Origin: Eledone cirrhosa
Lineage: Eukaryota
Reading direction: 5' to 3'
DNA length: 64,000 bases
NCBI GenBank assembly: GCA_964016885.1
Contig: CAXHJY010000428.1
Coordinates: 1-64,000 of the forward strand
Shown: in pieces, positions 33,301 through 49,770 of the stretch
Numbering within the stretch: position 1 is the stretch's first letter
Layout of the letters: each line of letters opens with the position of its first letter
Position numbers and translations under genes: made by a program
Notes under the pieces: generated by a model
Told to the model about the DNA's origin: nothing
Databases searched by the model: none
What the model saw: only the letters and a program-made list of their open reading frames with translations

Positions 33301-36300
33301 AACACACAGACATATACATACATATACATACCTCCACACACACAGACATATACATACATATACATACCACCACACACAGACATATACATACATATACATA
33401 CCTCCACACACAGACAGACATATACATACATATACATACCTCCACACACAGACAGACATATACATACATATACATACCTCCACACACACACAGACATATA
33501 CATACATATACATACCTCCACACACAGACAGACATATACATACATATACATACCTCCACACACAGACAGACATATACATACATATACATACCACCACACA
33601 CACACAGACATATACATACATATACATACCTCCACACACAGACAGACATATACATACATATACATACCTCCACACACACACAGACATATACATACATATA
33701 CATACCTCCACACACAGACAGACATATACATACATATACATACCTCCACACACAGACAGACATATACATACATATACATACCTCCACACACAGACATATA
33801 CATACATATACATACCTCCACACACAGACATATACATACATATACATACCTCCACACACAGACAGACATATACATACATATACATACCTCCACACACACA
33901 CAGACATATACATACATATACATACCTCCACACACACAGACATATACATACATATACATACCTCCCACACACAGACAGACATATACATACATATACATAC
34001 CTCCACACACACACAGACATATACATACATATACATACCTCCACAACACAGACATATACATACATATACATACCTCCACACACAGACAGACATATACATA
34101 CATATACATACCTCCACACACACACAGACATATACATACATATACATACCTCCACACACAGACATATACATACATATACATACCTCCACACACACGACAG
34201 ACATATACATACATATACATACCTCCACACACACACAGACATATACATACATATACATACCTCCACACACACAGACATATACATACATATACATACCTCC
34301 ACACACAGACAGACATATACATACATATACATACCTCCACACACACACAGACATATACATACATATACATACCTCCACACAGACAGACATATACATACAT
34401 ATACATACCTCCACACACAGACAGACATATACATACATATACATACCTCCACACACACACAGACATATACATACATATACATACCTCCACACACAGACAT
34501 ACATACATATACATACCTCCACACACAGACATATACATACATATACATACCTCCACACACAGACATATACATACATATACATACCTCCACACACACACAG
34601 ACATATACATACATATACATACCTCCACACACAGACAGACATATACATACATATACATACCTCCACACACACACAGACATATACATACATATACATACCT
34701 CACACACACACAGACATATACATACATATACATACCACCACACAACAGACATATACATACATATACATACCTCCACACACACACAGACATATACATACAT
34801 ATACATACCTCCACACACAGACATATACATACATATACATACCTCCACACACAGACAATATACATACATATACATACCTCCACACACAGACATATACATA
34901 CAACATACATAACTCCACACAGAGACATATACATACATATACATACCTCCACACACACACAGACATACTACATACCTCCACACACAGACAGACATATACA
35001 TACATATACATACCTCCACACACAGACAGACATATACATACATATACATACCTCCACACACAGACATATACATACATATACATACCTCCACACACACACA
35101 GAACATATAACATACATATACATACCTCCACACACAGACATATACATACATATACATACCTCCACACACAACAGACATATACATACATATACATACCTCC
35201 ACACACACACAGACATATACATACATATACATACCTCCACACACAGACAGACATATACATACATATACATACCTCCACACACAGACATATACATACATAT
35301 ACATACCTCCACACACACGACAGACATACATACATATACATACCTCCACACACAGACAGACATATACATACATATACATACCTCCACACACACACAGACA
35401 TATACATAACATATACATACCTCCACACACAGACATATACATACATATACATACCTCCACACACAGACAGACATATACATACATATACATACGCTCCACA
35501 CACAGACAATATACATACATATACATACCTCCACACACAGACAGACATATACATACATACATACCTCACACACACAGACATATACATACATATACATACC
35601 TCCACACACACAGACACATATACATACATATACATACCTCCACACACACACAGACATATACATACATATACATACCTCCACACACACACAGACATATACA
35701 TACATATACATACCTCCACACACACACAGACATATACATACATATACATACCTCCACACACACACAGACATATACATACATATACATACCTCCACACACA
35801 GACATATACATACATATACATACCTCCACACACACAGACATATACATACATATACATACCTCCACACACACAGGACAACATATACATACATATACATACC
35901 TCCACACACACACAGACATATACATACATATACATAACCTCCACACACACACAGACATATACATACATATACATACCTCCACACACACACAGACATATAC
36001 ATACATATACATACCTCCACACAAACACACAGACAGATATACATACATATACATACCTCCACACACACAGACATATACATACAATATACATACCTACATA
36101 CACACAGACATATACATATACATAACCTCCACACACACACAGACATATACATATACATACCTCCACACACACACAGACACCTCCACACACACACAGACAT
36201 ATACATACATATACATACCTCCACACACAGACAGACATATACATACATATACATACCTCCACACACACACAGACATATACATACATATACATACCTCCAC

Positions 36301-39300
36301 ACACAGACATATACATACATATTCATACCTCCACACACAGACATATACATACATATACATACCTCCACACACAGACATATATATACATATACATACCTCC
36401 ACACACAGACATATACATACATATACATACCTCCACACACACACAGACATATACATACATATACATACCTCCACACACAGACATATACATACATATACAT
36501 ACCTCCACACACAGACATATACATACATATACATACCTCCACACACAGACAGACATATACATACATATACATACCTCCACACACAGACATATACATACAT
36601 ATACATACCTCCACACACAGACAGACATATACATACATATACATACCTCCACACACAGACATATACATACATATACATAACTCCACACACAGACAAACAT
36701 ATACATACATATACATACCTCCACACACACACAGACATATACATACATATACATACCTCCACACACACACAGACATATACATACATATACATACCTCCAC
36801 ACACACACAGACATATACATACATATACATACCTCCACACACACACAGACATATACATACATATACATACCTCCACACACAGACATATACATACATATAC
36901 ATACCTCCACACACAGACAGACATATACATACACATACATACCTCCACACACACACAGACATACACATACATATACATACCTCCACACACACACAGACAT
37001 ATACATACATATACATACCTCCACACACACACAGACATATACATACATATACATACCTCCACATACACACAGACATATACATACATATACATACCTCCAC
37101 ACACACAGACATATACATACATATACATACCTACATACACACAGACATATACATATACATACCTCCACACACACACAGACATATACATATACATACCTCC
37201 ACACACACACAGACATATACATACATATACATACCTCCACACACAGACATATACATACATATACATACCTCCACACACAGACAGACATATACATACATAT
37301 ACATACCTCCACACACACACAGACATATACATACATATACATACCTCCACACACAGACATATACATACATATTCATACCTCCACACACAGACATATACAT
37401 ACATATACATACCTCCACACACAGACATATATATACATATACATACCTCCACACACAGACATATACATACATATACATACCTCCACACACAGACATATAC
37501 ATACATATACATACCTCCACACACACACAGACATATACATACATATACATACCTCCACACACACACAGACATATACATACATATACATGCCTCCACACAC
37601 ACACAGACATATACATACATATACATACCTCCACACACAGACATATACATACATATACATACCTCCACACACACACAGACATATACATACATATACATAC
37701 CTCCACACACAGACAGACATATATATACATACCTCCACACACAGACATATACATACATATACATACCTCCACACACACACAGACATATACATACACATAC
37801 ATACCTTCACACACACACAGACATACACATACATATACATACCTCCACACACAGACATATACATACATATACATACCTCCACACACAGACAGACATATAC
37901 ATACATATACATACCTCCACACACACACAGACATATACATACATATACATACCTCCACACACAGACATATACATACATATACATACCTCCACACACACAC
38001 AGACATATACATACATATACATACCTCCACACACAGACAGACATATATATACATACCTCCACACACAGACATATACATACATATACATACCTCCACACAC
38101 AGACAGACATATACATACACATACATACCTTCACACACACACAGACATACACATACATATACATACCTCCACACACAGACATATACATACATATACATAC
38201 CTCCACACACACACAGACATATACATACATATACATACCTCCACACACAGACATATACATACATATACATACCTCCACACACACACAGACATATACATAC
38301 ATATACATACCTCCACACACAGACATATACATACATATACATACCTCCACACACACACAGACATATACATACATATACATACCTCCACACACACACAGAC
38401 ATATACATACATATACATACCTCCACACACAGACATATACATACATATACATACCTCCACACACAGACATATACATACATATACATACCTCCACACACAG
38501 ACATATACATACATATACATACCTCCACACACAGACAGACATATACATACATATACATACCTCCACACACAGACATATACATACATATACATACCTCCAC
38601 ACACAGACATATACATACATATACATACCTCCACACACAGACAGACATATACATACATATACATACCTCCTCACACACACAGACATATACATACATATAC
38701 ATACCTCCACACACAGACATATACATACATATACATACCTCCACACACAGACAGACATATACATACATATACATACCTCCACACACAGACATATACAAAC
38801 ATATACATACCTCCACACACAGACATATACATACATATACATACCTCCACACACACACAGACATATACATACATATACATACCTCCACACACAGACATAT
38901 ACATACATATACATACCTCCACACACAGACAGACATATATATACATATACATACCTCCACACACACACAGACATATACATACATATACATACCTCCACAC
39001 ACAGACATATACATACATATACATACCTCCACACACACACAGACATATACATACATATACATACCTCCACACACACACAGACATATACATACATATACAT
39101 ACCTCCACACAGACAGACATATACATACATATACATACCTCCACACACACACAGACATATACATACATATACATACCTCCACACACACACAGACATATAC
39201 ATACATATACATACCTCCACACACAGACATATACATACATATACATACCTCCACACACAGACAGACATATACATACATATACATACCTCCACACACAGAC

Positions 39301-42300
39301 ATATACATACATATACATACCTCCACACACAGACATATACATACATATACATACCTCCTCACACACACAGACATATACATACATATACATACCTCCACAC
39401 ACAGACATATACATACATATACATACCTCCACACACAGACAGACATATACATACATATACATACCTCCACACACTCACAGACATATACATACATATACAT
39501 ACCTCCACACACAGACATATACATACATATACATACCTCCACACACAGACAGACATATACATACATATACATACCTCTCCACACACACACAGACATATAC
39601 ATACATATACATACCTCCACACACAGACATATACATACATATACATACCTCCACACACAGACAGACATATACATACATATACATACCTCCACACACAGAC
39701 AAGACATATACATACATATACATACCTCCACACACACACAGACATATACATACATATACATACCTCCACACACAGACATATACATACATATACATACCTC
39801 CACACAGACAGACATATACATACATATACATACCTCCACAACACACAGACATATACATACATATACATACCTCCACACACAACAGACATATACATACATA
39901 TACATACCTCCACACACACACAGACATATACATACATATACATACCTCCACACACACACAGACATATACATACATATACATACCTCACACACACAGACAT
40001 ATACATACATATACATACCTCCACACACACAGACATATACAATACATATACATACCTCCACACACAGACAGACATATACATACATATACATACCTCCACA
40101 CACAGACAGACATATACATACATATACATACCTCACACACACAGACATATACATACATATACATACCTCCACACACAGACATATACATACATATACATAC
40201 CTCCACACACAGACAGACATATACATACATATACATACCTCTCACACACACAGACATATACATACATATACATACCTCCACACACAGACATATACATACA
40301 TATACATACCTCCACACACAGACAGACATATACATACATATACATACCTCCACACACACACAGACATATACATACATATACATACCTCCACACACAGACA
40401 TATACATACATATACATACCTCCACACACAGACAGACATATACATACATATACATACCTCCACACACACACAGACATATACATACATATACATACCTCCA
40501 CACACACACAGACATATACATACATATACATACCTCCACACACAGACATATACATACATATACATACCTCCACACACACACAGACATATACATACATATA
40601 CATACCTCCACACACACACAGACATATACATACATATACATACCTCCACACAGACAGACATATACATACATATACATACCTCCACACACAGACAGACATA
40701 TACATACATATACATACCTCCACACACACACAGACATATACATACATATACATACCTCCACACACAGACATATACATACATATACATACCTCCACACACA
40801 GACAGACATATACATACATATACATACCTCCACACACACACAGACATATACATACATATACATACCTCCACACACAGACATATACATACATATACATACC
40901 TCCACACACACACAGACATATACATACATATACATACCTCCACACACACACAGACATATACATACATATACATACCTCCACACAGACAGACATATACATA
41001 CATATACATACCTCCACACACAGACAGACATATACATACATATACATACCTCCACACACACACAGACATATACATACATATACATACCTCCACACACAGA
41101 CAGACATATACATATACATACCTCCACACACAGACATATACATACATATACATACCTCCACACAGACAGACATATACATACATATACATACCTCCACACA
41201 CACACAGACATATACATACATATACATACCTCCACACACACACAGACATATACATACATATACATACCTCCACACACACACAGACATATACATACATATA
41301 CATACCTCCACACACACACAGACATATACATACATATACATACCTCCACACACAGACATATACATACATATACATACCTCCACACACAGACATATACATA
41401 CATATACATACCTCCACACACAGACATATACATACATATACATACCTCCACACACAGACATATACATACATATACATACCTCCACACACAGACATATACA
41501 TACATATACATACCTCCACACACACACAGACATATACATACCTCCACACACAGACAGACATATACATACATATACATACCTCCACACACACACAGACATA
41601 TACATACATATACATACCTCCACACACAGACATATACATACATATACATACCTCCACACACAGACAGACATATACATACATATACATACCTCCACACACA
41701 GACAGACATATACATACATATACATACCTCCACACAGACAGACATATACATACATATACATACCTCCACACACACACAGACATATACATACATATACATA
41801 CCTCCACACACAGACATATACATACATATACATACCTCCACACACAGACAGACATATACATACATATACATACCTCCACACACAGACATATACATACATA
41901 TACATACCTCCACACACAGACAGACATATACATACATATACATACCTCCACACACACACAGACATATACATACATATACATACCTCCACACACAGACAGA
42001 CATATACATACATATACATACCTCCACACACAGACAGACATATACATACATATACATACCTCCACACAGACAGACATATACATACATATACATACCTCCA
42101 CACACACACAGACATATACATACATATACATACCTCCACACACACACAGACATACATACATATACATACCTCCACACACAGACATATACATACATATACA
42201 TACCTCCACACACAGACAGACATATACATACATATACATACCTCCACACACAGACATATACATACATATACATACCTCCACACACAGACAGACATATACA

Positions 42301-45300
42301 TACATATACATACCTCCACACACACACAGACATATACATACATATACATACCTCCACACACAGACATACACATACATATACATACCTCCACACACAGACA
42401 TATACATACATATACATACCTCCACACACAGACATATACATACATATACATAACTCCACACACAGACAAACATATACATACATATACATACCTCCACACA
42501 CACACAGACATATACATACATATACATACCTCCACACACACACAGACATATACATACATATACATACCTCCACACACACACAGACATATACATACATATA
42601 CATACCTCCACACACACACAGACATATACATACATATACATACCTCCACACACAGACATATACATACATATACATACCTCCACACACAGACATATACATA
42701 CATATACATACCTCCACACACAGACAGACATATACATACATATACATACCTCCACACACACACAGACATATACATACATATACATACCTCCACACACACA
42801 CAGACATATACATACATATACATACCTCCACACACAGACATATACATACATATACATACCTCCACACACACACAGACATATACATACATATACATACCTC
42901 CACACACAGACATACACATACATATACATACCTCCACACACAGACATATACATACATATACATACCTCCACACACAGACATATACATACATATACATACC
43001 TCCACACACAGACAACATATACATACATATACATACCTCCACACACACACAGACATATACATACATATACATACCTCCACACACACACAGACATATACAT
43101 ACATATACATACCTCCACACACACACAGACATATACATACATATACATACCTCCACACACAGACAGACATATACATATACATACCTCCACACACAGACAT
43201 ATACATACATATACATACCTCCACACACACACAGACATATACATACATATACATACCTACACACACACACAGACATATACATATACATACCTCCACACAC
43301 ACACAGACATATACATATACATACCTCCACACACACACAGACATATACATACATATACATACCTCCACACACAGACATATACATACATATACATACCTCC
43401 ACACACAGACAGACATATACATACATATACATACCTCCACACACAGACAGACATATACATACATATACATACCTCCACACACAGACATATACATACATAT
43501 ACATACCTCCACACACAGACATATACATACATATACATACCTCCACACACAGACATATACATACATATACATACCTCCACACACAGACATATACATACAT
43601 ATACATACCTCCACACACAGACATATACATACATATACATACCTCCACACACACACAGACATATACATACATATACATACCTCCACACACAGACATATAC
43701 ATACATATACATACCTCCACACACAGACATATACATACATATACATACCTCCACACACAGACATATACATACATATACATACCTCCACACACAGACATAT
43801 ACATACATATACATACCTCCACACACAGACATATACATACATATACATACCTCCACACACAGACATATACATACATATACATACCTCCACACACAGACAG
43901 ACATATACATATACATACCTCCACACACAGACAGACATATACATACATATACATACCTCCACACACACACAGACATATACATACATATACATACCTCCAC
44001 ACACAGACAGACATATACATATACATACCTCCACACACAGACATATACATACATATACATACCTCCACACACAGACATATACATACATATACATACCTCC
44101 ACACACAGACACACATATACATACATATACATACCTCCACACACAGACAGACATATACATATACATACCTCCACACACAGACAGACATATACATACATAT
44201 ACATACCTCCACACACAGACAGACATATACATACATATACATACCTCCTCACACACACAGACATATACATACATATACATACCTCCACACACACACAGAT
44301 ATATACATACATATACATACCTCCACACACAGACATATACATACATATACATACCTCCACACACAGACACACATATACATACATATACATACCTCCACAC
44401 ACAGACAGACATATACATACATATACATACCTCCACACACACACAGATATATACATACATATACATACCTCCACACACAGACATATACATACATATACAT
44501 ACCTCCACACACAGACACACATATACATACATATACATACCTCCACACACAGACAGACATATACATACATATACATACCTCCACACACAGGCAGACATAT
44601 ACATACATACCTCCACACACAGACATATACATACATATACATACCTCCACACACAGACATATACATACATATACATACCTCCACACACAGACATATACAT
44701 ACATATACATACCTCCACACACAGACATATACATACATATACATACCTCCACACACAGACATATACATACATATACATACCTCCACACACAGACATATAC
44801 ATACATATACATACCTCCACACACAGACATATACATACATATACATACCTCCACACACACACAGACATATACATACATATACATACCTCCACACACATAC
44901 AGACATATACATACATATACATACCTCCACACACAGACATATACATACATATACATACCTCCACACACAGACATATACATACATATACATACCTCCACAC
45001 ACACACAGACATATACAGATATATACATACCTCCACACACAGACATATACATACATATACACACCTCCACACACACACACACATATACATACATATACAT
45101 AACTCCACACACAGACCTATACATACATATACATACCTCCACACACAGACATATACATACATATACCTACCTCCACACACACACAGACATATACATATAC
45201 ATACATATACATACCTCCACACACACACAGACATATACATACATATACATACATATACATACCTCCACACACAGACATATACATACATATACATACCTCC

Positions 45301-45495
45301 ACACACAGACAGACATATACATACATATACATACCTCCACACACACACAGACATATACATACCTCCACACACAGACATATACATACATATACATACCTCC
45401 ACACACACACAGACATATACACACATATACATACCTCCACACACAGACAGACATATACATACATATACATACCTCCACACACAGACAGACATATA
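15376..45495. repeat. About 30-kb minisatellite, unit CCTCCACACACAGACATATACATACATATACATA (34 bp) with 38-bp variants (+CACA or +GACA)
   Basis: Continuous tandem array read directly. Confidence 0.99.
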
Positions 45496-45615
45496 TCTAT
45501 TTTTCTGACCAAACATAATATTTAAACGAACATCTCTCATCAAAATTGTAAGGCTATGTGTGTGTACACACACACACACATAGACATAGACATACACACA
45601 TATAGACACACACAC

Positions 45616-45674
<59 letters not shown>

Positions 45675-45813
45675 TATATATATATGTATGTATATATATT
45701 ATAAATATATATTTATATATATATATGTGTGTGTGTGCTCTGTGTGTGCACGCATGCTTATCAATATATATATATATATACATGTATATATATATGTATA
45801 TAATATATATATG

Positions 45814-45844
<31 letters not shown>

Positions 45845-46017
45845 ATAATATATATAGGTATATAGTTATACTTTGGGAAGGTCATGGTGCCAATAAGAAA
45901 CACACGCACGAAATGCTTTCACTTCAATTTATTATATATTTATAAATTTACAAATTTATAAATTTATAAATTTCTGGTTGGTTGGTTGGTTCCACAACCA
46001 GATAGTTGTTTACATAA

Positions 46018-46062
46018 AGTCATAGTTCTTTCGTCATACACTCTGTGACTTCTTCAGTCACT
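46018..46062 (-). ncRNA. Minimal type I hammerhead ribozyme motif (degenerate copy)
   Basis: Minus strand: AGTGA CTGAAGA A GTCACA GAGTG TATGAC GAAA GAAC TA TGACT. One mismatch each in stems I and II. Confidence 0.65.
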
Positions 46063-46645
46063 GGGGATTACTTTCTTTGTTTCTGTGCCTCTCCTTTGTT
46101 CTGTCCTACACCATTTTGTTTCTGTGTGTGTGTTGTGTGCTCAGTCTGCGCATGCGCCACATCCGGGTGTCTGTGTGTGTTTATGTTCATTTATCTATTT
46201 GTTTATTTACATGTTACTGTTGGTTGTTTGTTCTATGTGTGTGTGTGTTTTCATTTTGTCCTTAATTGTAAGTTGTGATGTTGCTGTTCCACTCATATTT
46301 TCTAATTAATTTTGGTTGTAATTCTTTTATGTTTATTGCCTCTGTAATTTGTCTAAACATTGCGTGTTTTCTGTGTGTAGATTCTATTTTTATTTCTATG
46401 TTCTCTAATTTACCCTTGTGTTCTATCTTAGCAAAAAACATAAATTAAGGACAAAATGAAAACACACATAGAACAAACAACCAACCAGTAACATGTAAAT
46501 AAACAAATAGATAAATGAACATAAACATACACAGACACCCGGATGTGGCGCATGCGCAGACTGAGCACACAACACACACACACAGAAACAAAATGGCGTA
46601 GGACAGAACAAAGGAGAGGCACAGAAACAAAGAAAGGAATTCCCC

Positions 46646-46690
46646 AGTCACTGAAGAGGTCACAGAGTGTGTGACGAAAGAATTATGGCT
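46646..46690 (+). ncRNA. Minimal type I hammerhead ribozyme motif
   Basis: AGTCA CTGAAGA G GTCACA GAGTG TGTGAC GAAA GAAT TA TGGCT: intact CUGANGA and GAAA core, 6-bp stem II, 5-bp stem I, vestigial stem III. Confidence 0.75.
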
Positions 46691-46905
46691 ATATATAAAC
46701 AACTATCTGGTTGTGGAACCAACCAACCAACCAGAAATTTATAAATTTGTAAATTTATAAATATATAATAAATTGAAGTGAAAGCAACTGGTGCGTGTGT
46801 TTCTTATTGGCAACATGACCCTCCCAAAGTATAACAATATCGGTTTCAACACACGATTTCAGATAAAGAATCTTGCTAAACAAATTCAGAAACGAAATAT
46901 ATATG

Positions 46906-46936
<31 letters not shown>

Positions 46937-47002
46937 ATAATATATATATACATATATATATACATGTATATATATATATGTATATAATATATATATACAT
47001 AC

Positions 47003-47069
<67 letters not shown>

Positions 47070-47659
47070 TATATATAAAAATGTATATATATATATATAT
47101 ATATATGTATACATATTAATTCAAAATATTAACAAAAATAGACATTCGTGTGATGAAGTATATTTTATTATACATATATCTGAGGTACGGAGCTAACTTC
47201 AACAGTACGTCCTCATCAGATAAAATACGATGATGCATGACATACACTGACATAGTAGATGGTTAAGATTCAGTCATGGTAGTAATCACTTATTTTAGTT
47301 ATCGTATCGCGCTAGCCTGAGGTATCTGGTCTTTAATGCGAAGAAATACCTATGATGGCTAGTAGACCACTGATGATGGATAGTTCTGGCTTCTATTTCG
47401 AATTCTTCATTCTAATTTGTATATCACATTTGCAACAACACAGCACATCATTTTTCTTTCACATATATATATATATGGTCTTTTTGGAAGCCTCAACAAT
47501 GCAGATGGGTAAATCTCCGGGTAACAGAATCCGGTGGTGAAGAGAGAGGTGTAAGAGGAAATGTAGAATGAGATATATAGTGTGTAGAAGAACGTAGGAA
47601 AGAGCGTAAAAATAGAAATAATAACACGAGATAGAGTTACCTTGGGAGAGATTTAATTG

Positions 47660-47697
47660 TCCCTATATTTCGGATTTCGCATCCATCAACTGGGGGG
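47660..47697 (-). ncRNA. Hammerhead-like motif with variant core in the 3' pLTR
   Basis: CCC CAGTTGA T GGAT GCGAA ATCC GAAA TATA GGG. The core differs from CUGAUGA at two positions. Confidence 0.5.
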
Positions 47698-48008
47698 TTT
47701 TCCGAGGGGGAAAGTTATCTGTCGGAGAGGAATGGTACGTGGCCTCTGTTGTCCGCCGTTTGTGTGTAACTGAGATATTCTGTAGAGCGCGCGTGCGCGC
47801 GGAATAGGTGCGGTCAAGCAAAGGTTGTGGGAGTGGGATGGTACTAGCTGTCAATCCATTGTACAACCTATATTCAGTCTTTGTTACTGGCAGTGTTGGT
47901 AGTCTGCATGATCGCTTGTTGATCGGTGGATGGTGGGGGCGCTATACACACAATAACAATCGTTCGAATGCCACTGTGTGTGTGTGCGTGTGCTGTTGTC
48001 TCGTTTGT

Positions 48009-49737
48009 TTACACCAGCCACCTCGTCTCGCTTCTCTCAGGTCGGTTATTTATTTGTGGTCCTAGGCGTTTGATCCAAAGTGCTTCCTTGATTCGTAACG
48101 TGCCGACGTTGCGTTCTGTCGCTGGCCCTGTGACAATAGGCCTTCCGTCTTTGTTTCCGCATTTGGTTATGTGTTTCCGGAAAGACGAGGTCCTGGTGTT
48201 GATGTGCTCCTTGATCCGGATATGTAGCAGCCGGATTGTGCTACCGATATAGTAGTGGTTGCACTTGTCACATTCTACCCTGTATACAACGTATGTGCGT
48301 AAGCAACAGTTCGTTTGGCGCATCGGACAGTTTCTGAGGGAACACGCGTCAGTCGATTTCCCGAGTTTCCTGGAGAGGCATCTCCGTCGGGAGAGGCCCG
48401 AGTGGGCCAGGTGGATGTCGAGGCTCTCTCTCCGTATAGCCCTGCGGTTAGCGTTGGTGGTTTTCTCGCCCAGGTGCTGGATTTTAACGAAAGCACTTGC
48501 CTTGGGTTTTTCTCTTCGTCTTGCGTCTGGTGTCTCTTACTCTGTTTGTAAGCGAGGCTGGGTATCTGTTCGTCTCCAACACCCTGCGGAACCGCTTGGT
48601 ATGGGTGACACCACTCACGGGATCGCTACATCTGTTTTTAATTCGCGTGATCTTGTTGGTAATGTACCCTCTTTTAGCACTGTTAGGGAGGGCAGACTTG
48701 TAGTGGACGAACAAGTCCCTGCAGGCTGCCTTGCGGTAGAAGTTAGTGTGGATCCCTCGCTGCTCTATGATGTTGATTCGGAAGTCGAGGAGGGCAAGGG
48801 ACTCGCCGTCGTTGGGGTGTTCAACACTGAAATCAATATTCTCGTCCGTGTTGTTGAACGTCTCATAAATTCCGCTCGCCATCTCCTGGGAAGATGTGAG
48901 GATGAGAATGTCATCCACGTACCTTGAGAAGAAGGCGACGGCGTTGGGGTGGCAGGTGTTGAGTGCCTTGCGCTCGAGGCCGTCCATGTATGAGATCGCT
49001 AGCACACCCGACAGACTTGAGCCCATGGGCAGCCCTGAGGTTTGCCGGTATGTTTGGTCGAGAAAACCGAAATACGTGTTGTCAACGACGACGGATAGGA
49101 ACTGGTGGATGTCAGTAGGGGTGAGCCCGAAGCAGTGTAGGTCGGTAGATTGAACGCGTTCCATGAGTATATCAACGACCGGAAGCGCCGGGACCGAGGT
49201 GTAAAGAGCGACCACATCAAGGCTGAAGGCATATCTGTTAGCCTTTCTGGTGTCGGGATCCATTTGATGCAGGCGCTCCAACACCCTCGGAGCTGTTTAC
49301 GTGTCCCGGCAAGGTGTCTAGTATGGGTGTAAGTATTCTGGCTAGGAGCCATGACATTTTGTAGAGCGGTCCTTCCACGCTCGATTCGATAGGTCCGATC
49401 TTCAGGTTGGGTCCCTGTTTGTGTGTTTTCACAAGGTGGTAGAAGGCGGGTAGTCTGCTGTTCCTCGTGAGAAGGTTGTATCTGAGCTTCTTCGGGAGCT
49501 TCCGCCGGTCACAGATGTTGGTCCATGCAGCGTTGATGTGCTCCTCGATCTGCGCGAGAGTGATTCCTGTGACTTTGGAGTAGAGGTTGTCATCGTCAAG
49601 GCGTTGGAGGGCCAGGGTGTTGTAGGCCTCTCTGCTGATGACGCAGAATTATTTTCCCTTGTCGGAGGGGAGGTAAATGAGGTTCCTCGATTTCAGATTG
49701 AAGAGAGTGGTGAGTTGAGATTTGGTGAGATTGTGTG

Positions 49738-49770
<33 letters not shown>

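Larger units (their letters stand above)
45865..46898. mobile_element. Non-coding foldback element: two inverted ~400-bp Penelope pLTR-like arms (45865-46267 and 46443-46835), each with a hammerhead motif
   Basis: The arms are reverse complements with scattered substitutions. The spacer is about 175 bp, and the element is embedded in TA-rich microsatellite. Confidence 0.8.

Noticed and set aside
15376-45495. CRISPR-like periodic 34-38 bp units
   Set aside because: There are no unique spacers and no cas genes, and the context is eukaryotic. This is a pure tandem repeat.
15241-45909. Giant ORFs up to 3058 aa (YVCICLCV.. and HTYTYLH..)
   Set aside because: The satellite unit has no stop codon in any frame, so ORFs appear in all six frames. 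They are repeat artefacts.
48259-48927. 222-aa + strand ORF
   Set aside because: It is the antisense shadow of the Penelope RT/linker and has no motifs.
49635-49650. CTGATGA on the + strand inside the Penelope ORF
   Set aside because: No stem II or GAAA follows. It is a chance match, antisense to the codons for CVIS.
48009-49740. Selenocysteine (UGA) recoding, reported for some Naiad elements
   Set aside because: In the segments translated, the Cys positions are TGY and the only in-frame stop seen is TAA after DKG. No SECIS was recognised by eye. A family consensus would be needed to exclude it fully.
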